A stretch of 64,000 nucleotides of DNA, taken from the NCBI GenBank assembly GCA_050015075.1, contig JBEKCB010000002.1, positions 96,001-160,000 on the forward strand, read 5' to 3'. Origin of the DNA: Candidatus Brocadiia bacterium (GTDB lineage Bacteria; Planctomycetota; Brocadiia; CAIUPP01). The notes beneath the pieces are model-generated. The model was not told the origin of the DNA, ran no database searches, and saw only the letters and a program-made list of their open reading frames with translations. The position numbers and the translations under genes were made by a program. Positions 62,566 through 64,000 of the stretch are shown one piece after another (the stretch's first letter is position 1; every line of letters starts with the position of its first letter).

Positions 62566-63729
62566 ATGGCAGCTTTGCCGCGATTCAACACGCCGCCGCA
62601 GGTGATCATCGGAGCCGGCGCAAGCGATCTCGTGGGCGAAGAGGCCAAGCGGCTGAAGGCCCGCCGGGTGCTGCTCGTCACCGAGCCGGGCATCGTTCGA
62701 ATGGGCGTGGCCGACCAGGTCCTCAGCTCGCTCTCCAAGGCGGGCGTCGCCGCCGCGACCTACGACAAAGTCCAGCCCGATCCCACCGACGCCAACGTCG
62801 CGGAAGGGCTGGAGATCTTCCGGCGCGAGGGCTGCTCCGTCGTCGTCGGTGTCGGCGGCGGAAGCCCGACAGACGCCGCCAAGTCCATCGCCGTCATGAG
62901 CGCCAATCCCGGCGCCATCGCCGACTACATGGGCTATCACAAAGTGCCGAACTCCGGCGCGCCCGTCATCGCCATCCCGACCACCGCCGGCACCGGCAGC
63001 GAAGTCACCAAGGTCGTCGTCATCGGCGACACGAAACGCGACATCAAGATGATGTGCCTCGACCTCCATTTCCTCGCCGCGGCCGCGCTGGTGGACTACA
63101 AGCTCACGATGTCCATGCCCAAGGCGCTGACGGCGAACGTGGGGCTCGACTCGCTCGTGCACGCCGTGGAGGCGTACATCTCGCGCAAGGCCCATCCGCT
63201 CACGGACGTGCTCGCGCTCGCCGCGATCCGGAAGATCAGCCGGAACATCCGCACCGCCTGGGCGGAGCCGGGCAACGAATCCGCGCGCGAGGCGATGATG
63301 CTGGGAGCAACGATGGGCGGCATGGCCTTCAGCAACTCCTCCGTAGCGCTCGTCCACGGCATGAGCCGTCCGCTGGGCGCGCTCTTCCACCTGCACCACG
63401 GCCTGAGCAATGCCGTCCTCATCCCGGCCGTCATGTCGTACAACGCGCCGGCGTGCGCCGCGCGGTTCGCCGACATCGCGCGCGCCATGGGATTGGACGT
63501 AACGGGCCTGGATGCCGCCGAAGCGGCGCAGCGCGCCGTCGCCGCTCTCGTAAAGCTCAATGCGGACCTGCAAGTGCCCCGCCTGCGCGACTGCAACATC
63601 CCGCGCGACGCCCTGGAGAAAGCCCTTCCCAAGATGGCCGCCGACGCCCTGGCCAGCGGCAGCCCCGCGAACAACCCGCGCGTGCCGACGGCTGAGGAGA
63701 TCGTCGAGCTATACCGTCAAGCCTACTGA
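62566..63729 (+). CDS. Iron-containing alcohol dehydrogenase
   Basis: GGGSPTDAAK, PTTAGTGSEVT, DSLVHAVEAY, LVHGMS, HHGLSNA, NNPR. Confidence 0.93.
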   Translation: MAALPRFNTPPQVIIGAGASDLVGEEAKRLKARRVLLVTEPGIVRMGVADQVLSSLSKAGVAAATYDKVQPDPTDANVAEGLEIFRREGCSVVVGVGGGSPTDAAKSIAVMSANPGAIADYMGYHKVPNSGAPVIAIPTTAGTGSEVTKVVVIGDTKRDIKMMCLDLHFLAAAALVDYKLTMSMPKALTANVGLDSLVHAVEAYISRKAHPLTDVLALAAIRKISRNIRTAWAEPGNESAREAMMLGATMGGMAFSNSSVALVHGMSRPLGALFHLHHGLSNAVLIPAVMSYNAPACAARFADIARAMGLDVTGLDAAEAAQRAVAALVKLNADLQVPRLRDCNIPRDALEKALPKMAADALASGSPANNPRVPTAEEIVELYRQAY

Positions 63730-63792
63730 CCGGCGGCCGGCGAGGGAACGGCCGCGGCAGAATGATGCGCGACCAGCGTGGAAGGACAGACA

Positions 63793-64000
63793 GTGTACAC
63801 CACTGGCGCAGACATCTACCTGGTCATCGCCGTCGCCTGCTGCGTCGCGGTGTATTTCATTTACCTTTTCTCGCTGCGATACCTTCCCAAAACGGCGCTC
63901 TTCGGAATCGAGTATCCACGCTGGCTCGTGAAAACCATCGGCCGAAGCGCCGCAGTGGTCTTTCGCCATCCATGGATTTGGGTGCCCGCCCTCGCGTTCT
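63793..64000 (+). CDS. Start of a membrane protein (3' end outside window)
   Basis: GAAGGA RBS, GTG, open hydrophobic frame YTTGADIYLVIAVACCVAVYFIYLF... Confidence 0.5.
   Translation, partial: MYTTGADIYLVIAVACCVAVYFIYLFSLRYLPKTALFGIEYPRWLVKTIGRSAAVVFRHPWIWVPALAF

Overview
A 64-kb stretch of a GC-rich bacterial chromosome. The gene content (paired PQQ-like beta-propellers, URO-D-like proteins, an ECF sigma/anti-sigma pair, a short MnmE-like GTPase) suggests Planctomycetota/PVC; this is an inference. It carries housekeeping and metabolic genes: RND pump, pcrA, lysS, tRNA-Arg(ACG), hypAB, rseP, katG/perR, RNA methyltransferase, pckG, GH29, mmsA and an Fe-ADH. A perfect parS site lies at 22079-22094. 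There is an accessory/redox segment (~22.4-34.2 kb), and at least five families of short palindromic repeats, some of which sit in frame inside proteins. No transposase, integrase, cas gene or CRISPR array was recognised. The two most unusual structures are: (1) a tRNA-Arg-anchored tandem array whose units are bounded by inverted copies of the tRNA 3' end, one unit empty and one carrying a complete promoter-bearing gene; and (2) a low-GC cassette bounded by two 45-bp palindromic direct repeats, encoding a proteasome-beta-like Ntn protein plus a RelE-type toxin-antitoxin pair. All product calls come from motif recognition by eye, without database searches.
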